A stretch of 64,000 nucleotides of DNA from Hamiltosporidium tvaerminnensis FI-OER-3-3 (GCA_022605425.2 JAKIMF020000001.1:1054001-1118000), one strand, 5' to 3'; positions 13,565 to 27,590 are shown, numbered from the stretch's first letter. Numbers and translations: made by a program. Notes: generated by a model not told the origin, from the sequence alone.

Positions 13565-15863
13565 ATGTATTTCGTGAATAAAAGAATCTCTTTACATTTT
13601 ATTCTTCTTGCTACATATATACTGATAGTATCTTTAACCACAGTAACCGTTTATATTATAAACGAGAAAAACTTTATTTCAAATTCAGTCAATAACGATC
13701 ATAAAAAATTCATAGGCGAAAAAATAGAATATTCTGATGAAAATAGCCAAATTAAAATTGGAAAAAACAATATAATATCATATGAATCTGAGTTAGAAAA
13801 TAAAAAATACTATAAACCAAATATTATTACACTACCTTACGTCAATAACATGTTACTGAATTTAATTCATTTGAAATCTTTATTCGATGTTGAAAAAAAC
13901 AATATTAGAGTATTTATAAGAGATGTCTCATATTCCAGTTTTCTTCTTTTTTTAGATATATTGATAATTATTAGTATATTAGATATTAAAAAATCAAAAG
14001 AGAGAAATGAGCTTATCAAAGAATTACTAAGAAGTCTTTTATATGGAATAAATAGGGTATCTTTTGATTTTGACTTAGATAATGAATATATTAATTTCTT
14101 TAATTATACTGTAAAAAGATCTATAATGAGATATTTATTAGTATTTTTTCTAAAGTTTGTATATTTTTAGGAAAAAACAACGAGATTATATATTTTGATT
14201 AAAAAAGGAAATAATGTTTCTTTTGGAAAAAATCTTTGTCTATCGTATGAAAATTTTTAAAAAAAAATTCAAAAAAATCAAATAATTTTAAGATTGAATG
14301 ATTCGACTGTAAAAAAATTAACCAAAATAATGCATTCGCATCATTTAAGAAATATATGGAAGCTTTTTCTTAAAATCATAAGAATTAATCTTGTTTTCTT
14401 CGTTTTTAATTTAGAAGAATCGTTTGAAAATGTCTTTACGCTTTTAAAAAATGTAAGATTTTACTCAAAAAAATTTAATTTTTATTCGCAAAAAGATATT
14501 CAAGCAAGTAAATTCGAAATGATGAAAGATCACCTATTTTTAAAACATTTAAAGGTATTTAAATTTAATTTTTATTTTGGTTTAGAACTATTACAGCAGA
14601 TTCTATTTACATATAAGAATATAATAAATAAATTTACATTAAAAAAACGAAGAATTAGCTTTGAAATATTGCGCTTTCTGCTAGATTTTTGTTCAAAGAA
14701 TTCACATATATATATTAAGGTATATGCTTACTCTATTATTTCAGATAATTTGATTCTAAAGAACATAAAATATCCACTTGAGAACTTCATATTTTTTAAA
14801 TGTTGGTTTGACTACAGATATGATATTCTTTTCATTCCTGTGGAGTACATGTCGGTTTTTAATGACTATTGTTGTTATATAGTTTATGATTTTTATACCT
14901 CAGAGTCATATTTAAGGAAAACTTTCTGAGGTATATAAACGTGAGGGAATTGAATTTGCGGCATGAAAATTCAACTTATATGCCAAAACAGGATTTACAA
15001 GTTTTCAAATATTTAAAGTATATTAAAGTATTGAAAATACTTTCATTAGAAAATATTTTAATATGTGATAAAGAACGTTTTTATAATAGAATCAACTACT
15101 TTGATTTCTTTTGAACTTTCAAATTTCATATATATTTTTAATGATGAATTATTTTCTAAAAATGATACTTTGAATTATAATCTGAAGATTTTTAAACTTA
15201 AAAATTCTAAATTTTGGATTGAACCTAAGTTTTTAAATTTTTAGAAAAATTCAAATCCGTTTGCAGTTTAATAATATTTAATGGTCATATAGCTTCGGAA
15301 AATTGTCATTCAGAAAAATTTCTACCGAACTTTGATTTTGTCAATCAAAAAGCAAATACGAAAATATTTCTTAAAAATTTAGAAATAACAGCTTATTTTT
15401 TAAACAATACCCGTATAGAATATTATATGAGTTTTTTTTCTTCAATATATGATTTTTCTAAGCTTAACTCAATTTCATTGAATGTGCACAAACTGACCGA
15501 CATTGATTATGAATTTTTCTATCAGATGAAAAAACTGAAAGTTATAAAGATTCATTTGACGAATAAAACAGATAAAATTGATTTAAAAAACTTTTTAAAA
15601 ATCCCGATTTATTCAATACAGTATTCTAATTGGACATATTCATTACAAGCATCACGCCAGAAGATATCCAAATATTGAATTCTTTGAAAAATTTGTTATA
15701 TTTTACTCTTTCTACAGACAAAATAGATTATAAAACCAACCGAAATATGAGAAGAAAAAATTTTAAAACCTCAAAATTTGTTTTGCTGAAACCTTGTCAA
15801 ATTCTAAGATCCACCATAATAAATGTACATCTTAATTCTGAATTCAGAAGTGATTTTAACTGA
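13565..15863 (+). pseudogene. Fragmented lineage-specific gene (signal peptide plus Leu-rich-repeat-like C-terminal part)
   Basis: Four same-strand ORF pieces (13565-14170, 14294-14929, 15427-15678, 15630-15863) with similar composition. Hydrophobic N-terminus and LxxLxxIxL-type segments (FSKLNSISLN, MKKLKVIKIH, LKNLLYFTLS). Confidence 0.6.
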
Positions 15864-16970
15864 AAAATATGTTCGATATGAATATTTTTAATACACTTTT
15901 TCAAAGAAAATTAAAGGATCCGTAAAATATTTTTTGATAAGAATATATTTTATAGATATTTTTATTTTGAATATAATTGTAGAAGCTCAAAAATCTAGTA
16001 AGAATAGAGGCTTAAGTTCAGAGATGAAATTAAAAAAACCGTCTAATCATTTTTTGAACAAATATTCGGATTTTATTCATGCCAATTGCTTATAAGAAGT
16101 AATAAAGACCCATTCGGAGGTGTAATACACGAGAATGTAAATTTGCGAGCAACCAATATCTCTATTATTTTTGGCCTTCAAAGAGGTAGAAGATTTTAAA
16201 CAATCAAATAGCGAAATTTAAAAATCGAAGTAAAGATAAAATTACAGAAGTCAAAGCAGTTTGTCATAATATATAAGACGTGTAAAAAAGAAAAAAACAA
16301 ACGAGAAAATATTACAGTATTGGTAAGTTTATAATCCCATCTATATTATAGTGATATGATAAAAAAATATTAAATTTTTAGATCATATATTATAAACTAC
16401 ATTTTAAAACCTAAAATATTTGTCTAACTGCAAACATGCAAATTATTGTGTAATATAGAAAATCCATGTAATTATGTGATCAAAAGAGTAGATTCAAATA
16501 AAATTTCATTTAACTTATACAAAATATTCACAAGGATCAGTATGATATTGAATATATACTTTAAAAAATCTTGAATTATCGTAAGAGAATTTTGAGATCG
16601 TAAAATTTAAACTCATATTGAAAATTAAAGTGAAAATAGAAATTTGAAATGTTATCCTAATAATTAAAAAAACATTAAAAATACAAAATTTTCGGATTGT
16701 AATACCTTTATTTATATCTGAAAGCACGAGTTATATATTTGTTAAATGTTTTTATGTAATAATTTCGATAAGAATATATTTTACAGATTATTATTTTTTC
16801 AGTTCATTATGATGGTGAAAATACTTAAAGTAATATTTTTTTAGTAAATTTAAAATTTAAGAAGGTAACTCGATACTCCCTATAAATATAAATAGAATTA
16901 AAAAATATCTAGATAATTTTTTCCAAAGGATCAATTTCTAATCTAAATTAAAAATAATCTTCCCCTTAAA

Positions 16971-18587
16971 ATGAATTTTCTATATTTAATGATTTTATTT
17001 GATTATATGGTATTTGGATCTAAAAAAAATGCTAAAAAGAATAAAAATTCAATTCGTATTTCATCATGTAATAGAAAAACAGAAGAAAAGGCACAACATT
17101 TACATTCTATAGCAATATACATTAAGGGGTATAAATCACTACCGTTAAGAATAAAAAACCTTAAAGAAATGAACTTTATTGCTAAATTGTATTCGAAAAA
17201 TTATGTTAACAAAATTTTATCTGAAGAAAACCTGAAAAATAATATTTTTCCTAAATTGGTATCTAAGATAAACGAGTACGATCATAGTATTTTTGAAAAG
17301 GATAATAGAAAAATTTACATTTTATGCTGTTTTGAAATCCATAATATATTACGAGAGAAAATGACTCTGGTATTTCATAGTAAATTTGATTCGGTCACAA
17401 ATTTATTTTTTGATAAAATTTTCGAGAGCATAAAAAATATTAAGGTCTCAACTCTGGATGAAATGGAAACGAAAATGAGTAATGCAAATTTTAGTAAAAT
17501 AGAATACTGCATCGGAAAAATTAAAATTTTAACAAAAGAGTCTGAATTTACCAAGTCTTTTATTTTAAATTTGAACCAAATTTCATCGGCAGAAAGCAAA
17601 TTCATAAAAGGGTATGTTTTTAATATATTATTTAAAATTTTAAATATTATATTGTTGAATTGTGAGGATTATCAAATTACTAGCACGTTTTTGGAGAAAA
17701 AGGACAGCACTGCTTTGAATCTTGCGCTAGATTCAAATGATCAAATAATTTTTACAAAAGGTAAAGTCGATGCAAAATTTTTAGAAGATGGTCGGGATAA
17801 TGTTGTTATATTTAACGAAATCGGAAGATTAATAATAGAGAGTTCAAAATTTTTAACAAAGGAAATGACGGATCTTGATTTTTCTGAAAAAACCCGGCAG
17901 AATCTTATTTTTAATGGGCTTGACAGTTGCAATATTTTTGAGCTTAATCCCGAAGACGCAATCGAAAGTGTGAGAAAAAAAATCTCGGTATTTTTAAAAT
18001 CAAATATATTGAGAAAACTTAAAATATCAAATGAAATTTCTCCAAAAACAAAGATTTATTTAGTTATAGATTTAAACAAGCAAATAATTCAGTGTTCGGA
18101 ATTCTTTCTATTATATTTACATGGATTGAAATCTTCTTTGGATCGAAGTAAAATTTTTGAGGAATTGAATGATTTGAATTCAATTAGAAATATTTTAAGC
18201 GAAAATAATTCTTTGATTTTTAAGTATATTCAAGTAATTTTAAATGTCTTTCATCTGATTTTAGAAGAAATTGATAAAAAATTTAACTCAAGTTATGAAA
18301 TTTGTTTATTATTTGAAGATCTGGCAAGTATTGATTTAGAACACATCATTAAGCAACATATTAGCAATAATATGCCTAGAAATCCTGACTCAGAAAAACC
18401 TTATATTCAATCTTTTTGTGACAAGAAAATAAAAAACGTTAAAAGTAGTTTAATATCAATATTTATATTACTTTTGCGCGATTACTTCGAAATTAAATTT
18501 TGCAACAGATCCCCTAAATTATCTTTAAAAATTGAAAATTTTAGTAACGAAATGTCATTGGAAGAATCATTGAAGGTAATCATTTAG
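16971..18587 (+). CDS. Hypothetical, probably secreted protein, 538 aa
   Basis: Long ORF with a short hydrophobic N-terminus (MNFLYLMILFDYMVFG). CCCC lies 5 nt before the ATG. Confidence 0.75.
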   Translation: MNFLYLMILFDYMVFGSKKNAKKNKNSIRISSCNRKTEEKAQHLHSIAIYIKGYKSLPLRIKNLKEMNFIAKLYSKNYVNKILSEENLKNNIFPKLVSKINEYDHSIFEKDNRKIYILCCFEIHNILREKMTLVFHSKFDSVTNLFFDKIFESIKNIKVSTLDEMETKMSNANFSKIEYCIGKIKILTKESEFTKSFILNLNQISSAESKFIKGYVFNILFKILNIILLNCEDYQITSTFLEKKDSTALNLALDSNDQIIFTKGKVDAKFLEDGRDNVVIFNEIGRLIIESSKFLTKEMTDLDFSEKTRQNLIFNGLDSCNIFELNPEDAIESVRKKISVFLKSNILRKLKISNEISPKTKIYLVIDLNKQIIQCSEFFLLYLHGLKSSLDRSKIFEELNDLNSIRNILSENNSLIFKYIQVILNVFHLILEEIDKKFNSSYEICLLFEDLASIDLEHIIKQHISNNMPRNPDSEKPYIQSFCDKKIKNVKSSLISIFILLLRDYFEIKFCNRSPKLSLKIENFSNEMSLEESLKVII

Positions 18588-19049
18588 AATCAATATTTTA
18601 AAAAAATTTAAATAAAAAATAATTGACATTAATTTGAAAAATTAGATGTTTTGTTTCTATCTTGTTTACGTTTTAAATTTACTTACTCGCCGGAATTATG
18701 TTTAATTAATATCTCGAGCCTAATCTAAATCAACCACACGTTTAAAGATTATTAGCCAATATTTTTTATGATTCAAAACCAAGGCACCTGTGATTACTTT
18801 TTAAATTATCTAGCAATGTAAAATAAAAGCGATCCAAATTCATAGAACTTCGCGTTTGCGCAGGAACGCTTTTTTTGTTCCTCAGTTTTCTGACATTCGT
18901 AAGAGATAGCTCAAACACCGAGCTAGTGTTTTTGACTAATTTAAGAAAACAAGATTCCGAGAGGATTATTGAAATCAATATTATTATCATTCGTCACTTA
19001 TCTTACTGGCTTCCAGCATTTTGAAATCGTTTTAATATTTAATTAAATG

Positions 19050-20230
19050 GTGAAAGCGCACTTCATTTGTTAAAAATCAGAGTAAAATGATTTCGACTGT
19101 TTATATATTTTCTTCTACAGTTTGACTACCATATTTTATTTTTCTAAATCTAGCTTCTCTACAAATATGTTTATTGTCGTTTCCTTCAACGTAGTTACTC
19201 CATATGAAATAATGGGATATTATTTGTTATTTCAAATGTTTAAAACTTTCTTTCTCGTTACTCATTTGTTCTAATGGGGGTATTGGTTCTATAGGCCACT
19301 CGACTCTCTTACAATACCTATATACGCTCTTTCCAAGCCATCTTCGCCATTTTTTCCGCCGTGGTCCTCTTTGCAGATCAAAAAATTTGTTTCGACTGCT
19401 TTCTGAGCGATATCGACGGAATATATGACTCCTCTCATGACTATTTAAGGTTTTAAAGTCTTGTCCTGTGTTGTGAATATTACAAACCGTCCAGGGCTAT
19501 CACATAAGAGTTAAATAACATGACTTATAAATGAGACCCAGGTTGTTCAAGGAGTCATAGTTTCGAAATTTTTCAGTTTACAGTGTTTTAGGTGAATACA
19601 TGAAAAGCAATTCATACATTGATAAATGTTATTCTAGTTGTTCTCTATACTAAAATAAATATTCACATCTATTATACCGAATCTTAAAATCATTACTATT
19701 CGGGGGCCCACTCTTGGCTTCAAATTCTCGTTATCAAGAATTTCTTCTGCTGAATGACTCCCAATTCAGTTTGTAGATTTGAAATTAAATTTATTTAAAA
19801 GAATTTAGACTAGGCATCGAACAGCTTTATTATACGTCTAGTGTAGTCCTTACCGAGCCTTTTCTCGGATCGAGCTGCTAAAAAATCTAATTTTTACCAG
19901 ATTTATTACAGTGTGGTACATGCCTTCTGCTCACCAAAACATATTTCTATCCTGGATATAAAAGAGCACTGCTTCATCTCGTAACCCAATTTTTCCATTA
20001 TTTAGCAATTCTGAAGAGTAACTAACACTTAAAACTCCTTTTTTTCTTGCATTATTGGCTTTGAGTGAAATTTTTGTTTTTCTATTTCGCTATATAGTTC
20101 TGTAAATTGAACTTTCTCTACATTATCTCTAGTGACCATTTCGCCCAAACTATATTTAACCATAAAAAAGCTGTTTTTAGCGCAAGATGGGGTTTATTAG
20201 TATGTTATACCTCGAGGATTCTTGCTTCTT
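19050..20230 (-). mobile_element. Decayed 3' copy of the RLE non-LTR retrotransposon
   Basis: Nucleotide similarity to 37786-39060: ATATTTCTATCCTGGATATA (about 19941 vs 38681), GCAAGATGGG, and ACCGTCCAGGGCTATCACATAAG vs ACCGTCCCAGGTCATCACATAAG. Confidence 0.75.
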
Positions 20231-20326
20231 CTAGTTTATTTTTCGTTACATTTTTTTTAAAAAATACAAGAATTTCCGAAGAAGGCAGTTCAACTTCGCA
20301 AAAAAAGGCATCATTTATATAATTCA

Positions 20327-21240
20327 GTAATGTACTGACGACGACTCACCTCTAAATGTTTAATGGTTAAAATAATATAACCCCAATATGCGTGCTCTAA
20401 TTAAGATATGTCTCTTTCTATTTGTTCATAAATCTTATGCAACCAATAATAGTGAGTAGAACCAAACATAAAACAATTAAAAAGATTCATTGCTTCAAAA
20501 AAAGATTTAAATAAAAATCGTAAACATTCCTTCTAGACTGTATTAATATGAAAGTAAAAACAAATAAATATATTTTTTTATTTTTCTAAAGTATTCTGTT
20601 TAAAAAAAAATTAAATCACTTGGTTAAGTTTTCTTTTCTAAGAATTTACAGCTGCATAAAAAATTGAATGATACAAATGATGTTTTTTGCCGTTCTTCTG
20701 TGTAATATATTTATATTCTCAATAATAATTGCATAAAACAAATATTGTTTGAATGGCTTTATGTAACTTTATACTTATTAAATCAAAAGATTTTTAATAA
20801 AAATGACTAAGAATTTATACAAAAAATAAGTTTCATAATACAGCATATAGTTAAAAAAACTGTGTTTTCTGAGAGAAAATTCTTCATCTGAATAAATTTC
20901 TTCGAGAAAAAAGACAGAATTCAATAAAAATAGGTAGAAGGAAACGGGCTAAACATAAAACCCTGCGCTGAAGTTTTGAAAAGTTGAAAGTATATGAAAT
21001 AGAAGAAAGAGAATATGCTAATTAAAAAATATCTTAAATTTTATTGAGCACTTGCTTAAGCGCGGCAAATAATTCAGAAATGAAAGACTAAAAAATATAC
21101 GAAGAACAGAGTAGGTGCGACCGTAAAATTTCTTATGAAAATTTTAAGAATCAATAGCTCAGATAGTAAGTTTAAGATTTTATTCGAATTTTTTTCTTAG
21201 GCCTTTAGTAGAAAGTTCGTTTCCACGAGCTTAACTTCTA
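20327..21240. repeat. Dispersed ~0.9 kb repeat, copy 2
   Basis: Colinear with 6265-7170. Confidence 0.6.
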
Positions 21241-24200
21241 GTAAAATTATAAAATAGTTCTTGAAAAACACTATAATTTATCTCATAAAAGACCTAAAAA
21301 TCAAATTTCTAATAGTCGTATATATTCAATGTACAATAATTAAAAATGGACATAAATGTAAAGGAAAATTTAACTCGGTTAAGAAAAAATTGCTTTTAGT
21401 AAGTGATTGAAGCATTAGAAACTATAGAAGTTTGTTTAGAAGAAAAAAATGAATCCAATTTCTATAAGTTTAAATAACCAAATATAAAATTTGAGAAAAA
21501 AACTGGTATCAAATATATGATTCTATATGGCGTAACGGCTAAGTTAAAATTCAATATATGTCATATTTACTTTGAGTTATTCAACCAGAGCAATTTAATT
21601 TGTTTATATTCGCGATGATAATGAAACCATAACCAAATCTTAACATTAATTGGTAATATGCAAAAAGCCAACCATATAAAACTATTTAAGGTAAAGAGAA
21701 ATATCATGAAATAAAAATTATAATATCAAAGAAAAATCCAATAGGTGTTGTATAAAATTTTGATTTCAGATTGAATTTTTTATAACAAAGTAAACCGCTG
21801 ATTCCAACTGAAAAAAAAACACGATATTTATATAACGGCAAATTTAATACACAAAGAATAGGAAAAGTAAAAAGCAACCTTGAAAAAAAAATTCTTCGAT
21901 AATAAAATAATTATGATTGTTAGAGTTTATAAAAGAAAATAGTTTTTTTAAAAAAAAATGAAATCTGAATTTTAACTACAAATGACGCGATTCCTTTTAA
22001 GAAACTCTAATCTACAGAAAATTATTTGAGATAATAGAAACAATTAAAGATTACTAAATTATATATTTTTCTTCTGAAACATTTTTAATTTCCAAAAATA
22101 TTTAGAGAAAAGTTTAATAATAAGAATTCATTTCATACAATAAAGCCTAGAAATCTATCTAGGGGTGCCACAAAGAATCTATTTGTAAAAGTTTATTTTA
22201 ACATTTTAATAATCGATTTCCGTACTGCACAATGCAAATAAAACCATAAATGGCTTAAAACATCGACTTATTGAATATAAGTGTTCTGGGTTTCTATTTA
22301 CAAAGCTCAAGCCCTTGTTTATAGCAAAAACCTTACTTTCCTTTTATTTAAACAATCAATTTCTGCCTACTAATGAAAAATTTATCATTCGATCAATATT
22401 TTAAAATAATAAAAAAACTGCCAACACAAATAGAAAAACTTTACAAAGACTTATTTTCATTAAAACAAACTTTGGCCCGTTAAAATATAAATCAAAAGAT
22501 TTTTTTTATTCGCTGATTTCAAATAACTTATTTTCACTAAGACTTACTTATACGAATCCAAAAAAATAAATCTGCCGGTTGTAGATAATCAATAGAATTT
22601 AATCCTTAGTTAATTTGCTCAAGTTATTCTCACTTTTTAATAAATTTGTAAAGTCTCCCTTGAAGCCTATAAGTTTCAATATTTCTAAAATTTAAAATTT
22701 ATTCTGACTATAATAAAATTTACAGAAAATTAATTATTAATTGCAACAGGTGTTATGTATGATATCCAGGTACAACAAAATATCAATTTATCATTTTTTT
22801 ATCAACTTTATTATAGTTCCTGCTTTAAAGTTTATTTTGAGCCAGACATTACATAATTGCAATTTTAATTTGATCTTTGCTAAAAATAATCTTTTAAACT
22901 CAGACAAATGCTGCTAAAATATTTTTTAATACATCCAAATGCATATTTCTATAAAATGAAATCTAAATATATGTTTTAATATTTCAATTTATTCTTTCGG
23001 TTATGTTGGAGAAAAAATATTTATACTCTCATTATAAATGTGCTCATATAATTCTGATTTTCAATTTCTTTTTATATCTCGAATCTTATATAAAAATTTA
23101 AACCTTTATTTATGATGCTATTATTTAAAGTAGATTGATTAAATAATAATATAAAATACTATTTCTCATTTTAGTGATATTTTTTTTTGAAACTGCAAAA
23201 TCTGATTTGATTTCAAATATGGTTTGATTTTTTAAAAATAAGAAATGTTTACCTTTTGTATTTACTATATATGTAATATTGAACAAATTTATAAAGTAAT
23301 TTTACTAAAAAAAATAAAAGATTCGATTATTTGTGACTGAGAATGGAATATTTGATAAAAAAAAATTTTTTACTAAAACGGGCAAATGGAAGTTTATAAA
23401 TCCATAATTATCCAAAAAAATAAAAGATGGAAATAAAATTATAAAAAATTTTGTTGTAATTGTTTTAAGCATTTTATTACTCTACAAAAAAAAATTGTTT
23501 TATCAAAGTGACCTATACCTTTTAACTCGTCATATCAATAGCGTATTAATTAAATAAAATACTATAACCTAGCAGCTTCTTAATTGAGAATAAATGATTT
23601 TAAATTGTTACTGAATACAATTTGGTGGTTTTACCAGTAAATAATTGAATAAATATCAAGTCAGAATTAAAAAACGCATTATTACTTCTATTTTAGAATT
23701 AAGAATGGTAGAAAGTATTATTCCATACATAAATATACATCTGCAATCTAGTTTATCCAAAGGATATGAATTTGCAAAAATAAGCCAGAAAAGCAATAAA
23801 TTTAAATGAGAAGCAGAACAATGTAACTATGATGCAATAATTAAACAGATTACTAACCATAATAATAGATAAATATAGATTTTGTCGAATAAAAATTATA
23901 AGAGCTTTACTCGAATATAGTAAAACCAGATTAAACTTAAAGCCACATCAAATACACACAAAACTATAAATAATAAGCAGAGCTGTGCCTGAAAATTTTT
24001 CGACAAGTTCATGAAAAGTATTACGACGTATTTTTTTATATTTGAGCAGGAATTTATTCCCGATTATATAAGGCGGAATCCGAATCCTTTAAAAATAGTT
24101 GGTTCTGGTAAGCTTTAATATCAACTAAAAAAATTAAATTTAATCGTGGATTGCTATGAATGTATATGTGATACATAATCTATACCCGTTGAGTTACATA

Positions 24201-25116
24201 TCTAAATTTAAATAGCAAATTAAATGCTATTATCAGTTAAATAAAGTTTTGAAACTATACTTGCAAAATAATTGTGACTAAAAAAAGGAAACAACTGTCA
24301 AGAATAAAAAAATACTTCAGTTAAATCTATTTATTTTGATTTAAGATATTAAATCGGATTTGTTTGTTATTTGAAGCAGATACCAAATTTTAAAGCTCCA
24401 TTCGGATGATTGAAAGCTAAATTTTGAAAATAAATTTCAAAAAGATCAGACCGAGTTTTGGTTATAAATTATATGTTAAAATACATCCTTATCTGACATC
24501 ATTAAATATTATTATTGTAAAATATCACAAGCGTATCTTTTTGCTTGAATATCATCTATAGAAGTGTTTATAAATGTTTATCTCAATAAGCCAGTTATAA
24601 AAATTTCTATTGATCCATGCGGTGATTAGAGAGAACCAGATAATTTGGCAGAGATAAAAAAAGGCAAGAGATTCCATATAAAATCCGGGAATCTATAAAA
24701 ACTTATGATTATAAAGCATATATATACCATATGTAACCAAAAATGTCAGAAGGTTAAATCCAAACTTGTAACTTTTAATTAGAATAAAATAGCAGAATAA
24801 TATACACGATTCGAAAGATCGATAAAAATCGGAACTAAACCCTTGGTAATGAATATAAGATAAGAATAGAATATAAATATTTAGTAAATTAGCTTAATAT
24901 TAGAATTTTTTAGTTTATTCAGGCTTGTATTATACCTTTAAAAAAAATTATCAATAAAAATGTATTCAAAAATCCGGAATTTATTCTTCAGTCGTTTTTA
25001 AATTTTAAAATATAAATATATTTATTTTCAAATATTATGAGTTTCAATTTATCTTACCTTTTATTTAAATCATATTTTATTGAAGCATAGTACCATTATT
25101 TTATACACAATGAATT

Positions 25117-26383
25117 TCAAATATTTTCAGTTTTTTCAAAATTATCTTCGACATCTTTTTCTTGGGAAGAAGATATTTTTCTAAATCTAGCCAGTTTGGT
25201 GCTATAAAATTCTTCTAATTTTTGTGCACATTTAAAATATTGTGTAGATGGTGCATTATAGAAATAACAATTATTTATCATCAGAAAGAAATCATCTGCA
25301 AGGTCTTCAAATTTTTCATACAATTCATTTCTCAAATTTCTTTCCATTGTAGATAAATCCATCGGATTTTTAATGACATGGAAATAATCGGGAACTTCTT
25401 GTTTGTTTACTGGTTTTAGAAATGGCCAAGCCGAAGGATGTGCTTGAAGTTCTGAAATAACGAAATACATTATATCTCTTATTCTCTCACTGCTTGGTTT
25501 AAAAATCAACATTTCATTTGTCAATTTTGCTTCTTTTATTCCCGGAATATCATAAACATTATTCATTTTAGAAAAATCAGGGTGAATCTCTTATAATATT
25601 AAATTCTGAAATTTTTTCCAGTTTTGAAATTAATTCATCTCGTTTATTTTGTATAAACTCATGTTTTTTTAAATAATTCAATTCCCATATCAGCTTACAT
25701 TGCATGAGAGTACCACCATCATAATCTTTAATAAATCCGATCCAATTTTTAAATCTTATATCTTTTGAAAATCCCTGTTTTTTAAAATATCCGATAGCAA
25801 AGTTATCAGCATAAGTAAGAAAATATAATGGAGAAATCAACGGTTTATAATTTGAATTTAAATATGAATCAACATCTGCAATTTTACTGCAATTAGGATG
25901 TCGTGATATTCCAATACTCTTTGATAAAATATTATCTACATCTTTAATTGTTTTGTTTTCATAATAATATCTAAACATTTCTAATTTACAATGTTCTTTA
26001 AATAAATCCATCATGAAACCGCCCCTTCCTTTTACTTGGCACTCGTTTTCGATCGCGCAAAATACAATTTCACAAAAATATTTTTCATAAAATGGTCTAT
26101 AACAGATTCCACCAATAATCTTTGATGAATCATCAACTAAAAATAAATTTCTATGTTTCATGTCAAAAACTTGTCGTAATATATATTCCTTTGGCATTTT
26201 TGGTAATTGCCTTTGAAATATAGCTTTTATTTCAAGAAGATTATCAGTATTTTTTTGTGTGTGTTCAAAAGCTGTAGAAGCAACATCAAATTTTATTAAA
26301 CCGTTTTTAAATTCCAATAAAACGTCTTCTTCACGCTGAAATTTCGCTTTAAAAATCTCGTTATTATTTATTATAAAGCTCAT
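25117..26383 (-). CDS. GCN5: Histone acetyltransferase GCN5: HAT domain (25577-26383) and bromodomain (25117-25566) in different frames, joined by a +1 shift
   Basis: HAT motifs FQRQLPKMPKEYI, EIVFCAI, QVKGRG, FLTYADNFAIGYFKKQGF, IKDYDGGTLMQC. Bromodomain SAWPFLKPV..VPDYFHVIKNPMDLSTM..NCYFYN. CCC motif before the first ATG. Confidence 0.93.
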
Positions 26384-26949
26384 CTATGGGCTTTACATTA
26401 AAAATTTTAAGAACTCTTAAATTGCTATCTAATTTTATGGAAAAAACATATCTAAGACTTTTTTTTGAAAAAACCTTATTTAAATATAAAAAAAACGTAA
26501 CGATTAATAATACAATTACATGAAAAAATGAATTTAAACATTAAAAGTATTTTTACAAAACAAAATTTTTGATTAATACAATTTTAAATTTATTAAGTAA
26601 ATATAAAGGTTATTATACTGAATAATCAATAATATTTAAGATTGAAAATTGATTTCTAATTAAAATTTAAATAATGATTTTTCTATATTTGTACATGTAA
26701 ATTTAAATATTAGAACTTTCTATTTCTTTAACTCAAATTAATAAATACTTCTGTAATATTTTTTGATTTATTTATAGTAGTTTTGGTAGATACTAGTGGT
26801 TTTATCGATGAAATAAGAAAGAACATTAGAATCTGTAAGACTAGTCTTCTGTCAAATTATAAATATTGATATATTTTGGGAGGCAGAATTATGTATTAAT
26901 ATTCTCAAAACTTTGAAAAGTTGGTGAAGCGTTTGATAATTAATGTGAA

Positions 26950-27590
26950 AATGTATCTTAACGCAAGCATACGGTATAAAACGATGCCGAACTCTGAGTA
27001 TATTTGACTCTCTTAAATAAATACAAGTTTATGTCCTCATCAGATATTAGGAATCAATCTATTGCTAAAAGTCAGCTAAATATGGGTGTGAAAATAAAAG
27101 TAAATATTAGAAAGAATTTCATTTACGAATTTGGAGTGTAGATCTAGTTTATTTATATCAGATATGAAGTAAAGCATAGTAATACCGATTAGAATCTCAT
27201 ATCTTGATAAAACTTGATTAAATCTTACGGACGGAAAAACAAAAAAATCCGCGATTCTGGCAAAAATATTTGCTTTAATTATAAAGGTAAAGCCGAAATG
27301 AACAGTTATGCAATTTCTTAGTACGTATCCTTACAAAATAACATGTGGTGTACCTTAAGAAGCGGTTGGTATCATAAAGGCATTGATTTATATCGTTGAA
27401 ATGTTCTTTTCAACGAAAAACAGGGTCGGATTCATAATAAAATTAAAGTTAAGGCTAGAAACAAGCATAAATCAAAAACATAAAAAAACCAAAAAGATAT
27501 ACACACCCTATACTCTTTTAAAAACCCGATCGAATAGCAGAAGAATTCCGAATTTTATGTCCCCAATGTAGAACCCAGAATCGTGAATGA
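26950..27590 (+). mobile_element. Decayed 3' copy of the RLE non-LTR retrotransposon
   Basis: Degenerate equivalents of the KYDLLA..LIYK and MTWDG segments (27230-27360). Ends with AACCCAGAAT (27572-27581), as in the 3' UTR of the 37786-39060 copy. Confidence 0.5.

Noticed and set aside
18856-18886. TTGCGCAGG...CTCAGT with U6-like spacing, about 635 nt beyond the TWDG region of an RLE relic (576 nt at the real U6 locus)
   Set aside because: Only two short words match. The AGC triad region, 5' stem and upstream CCACA are missing, so it cannot be called a U6 pseudogene without cmsearch.
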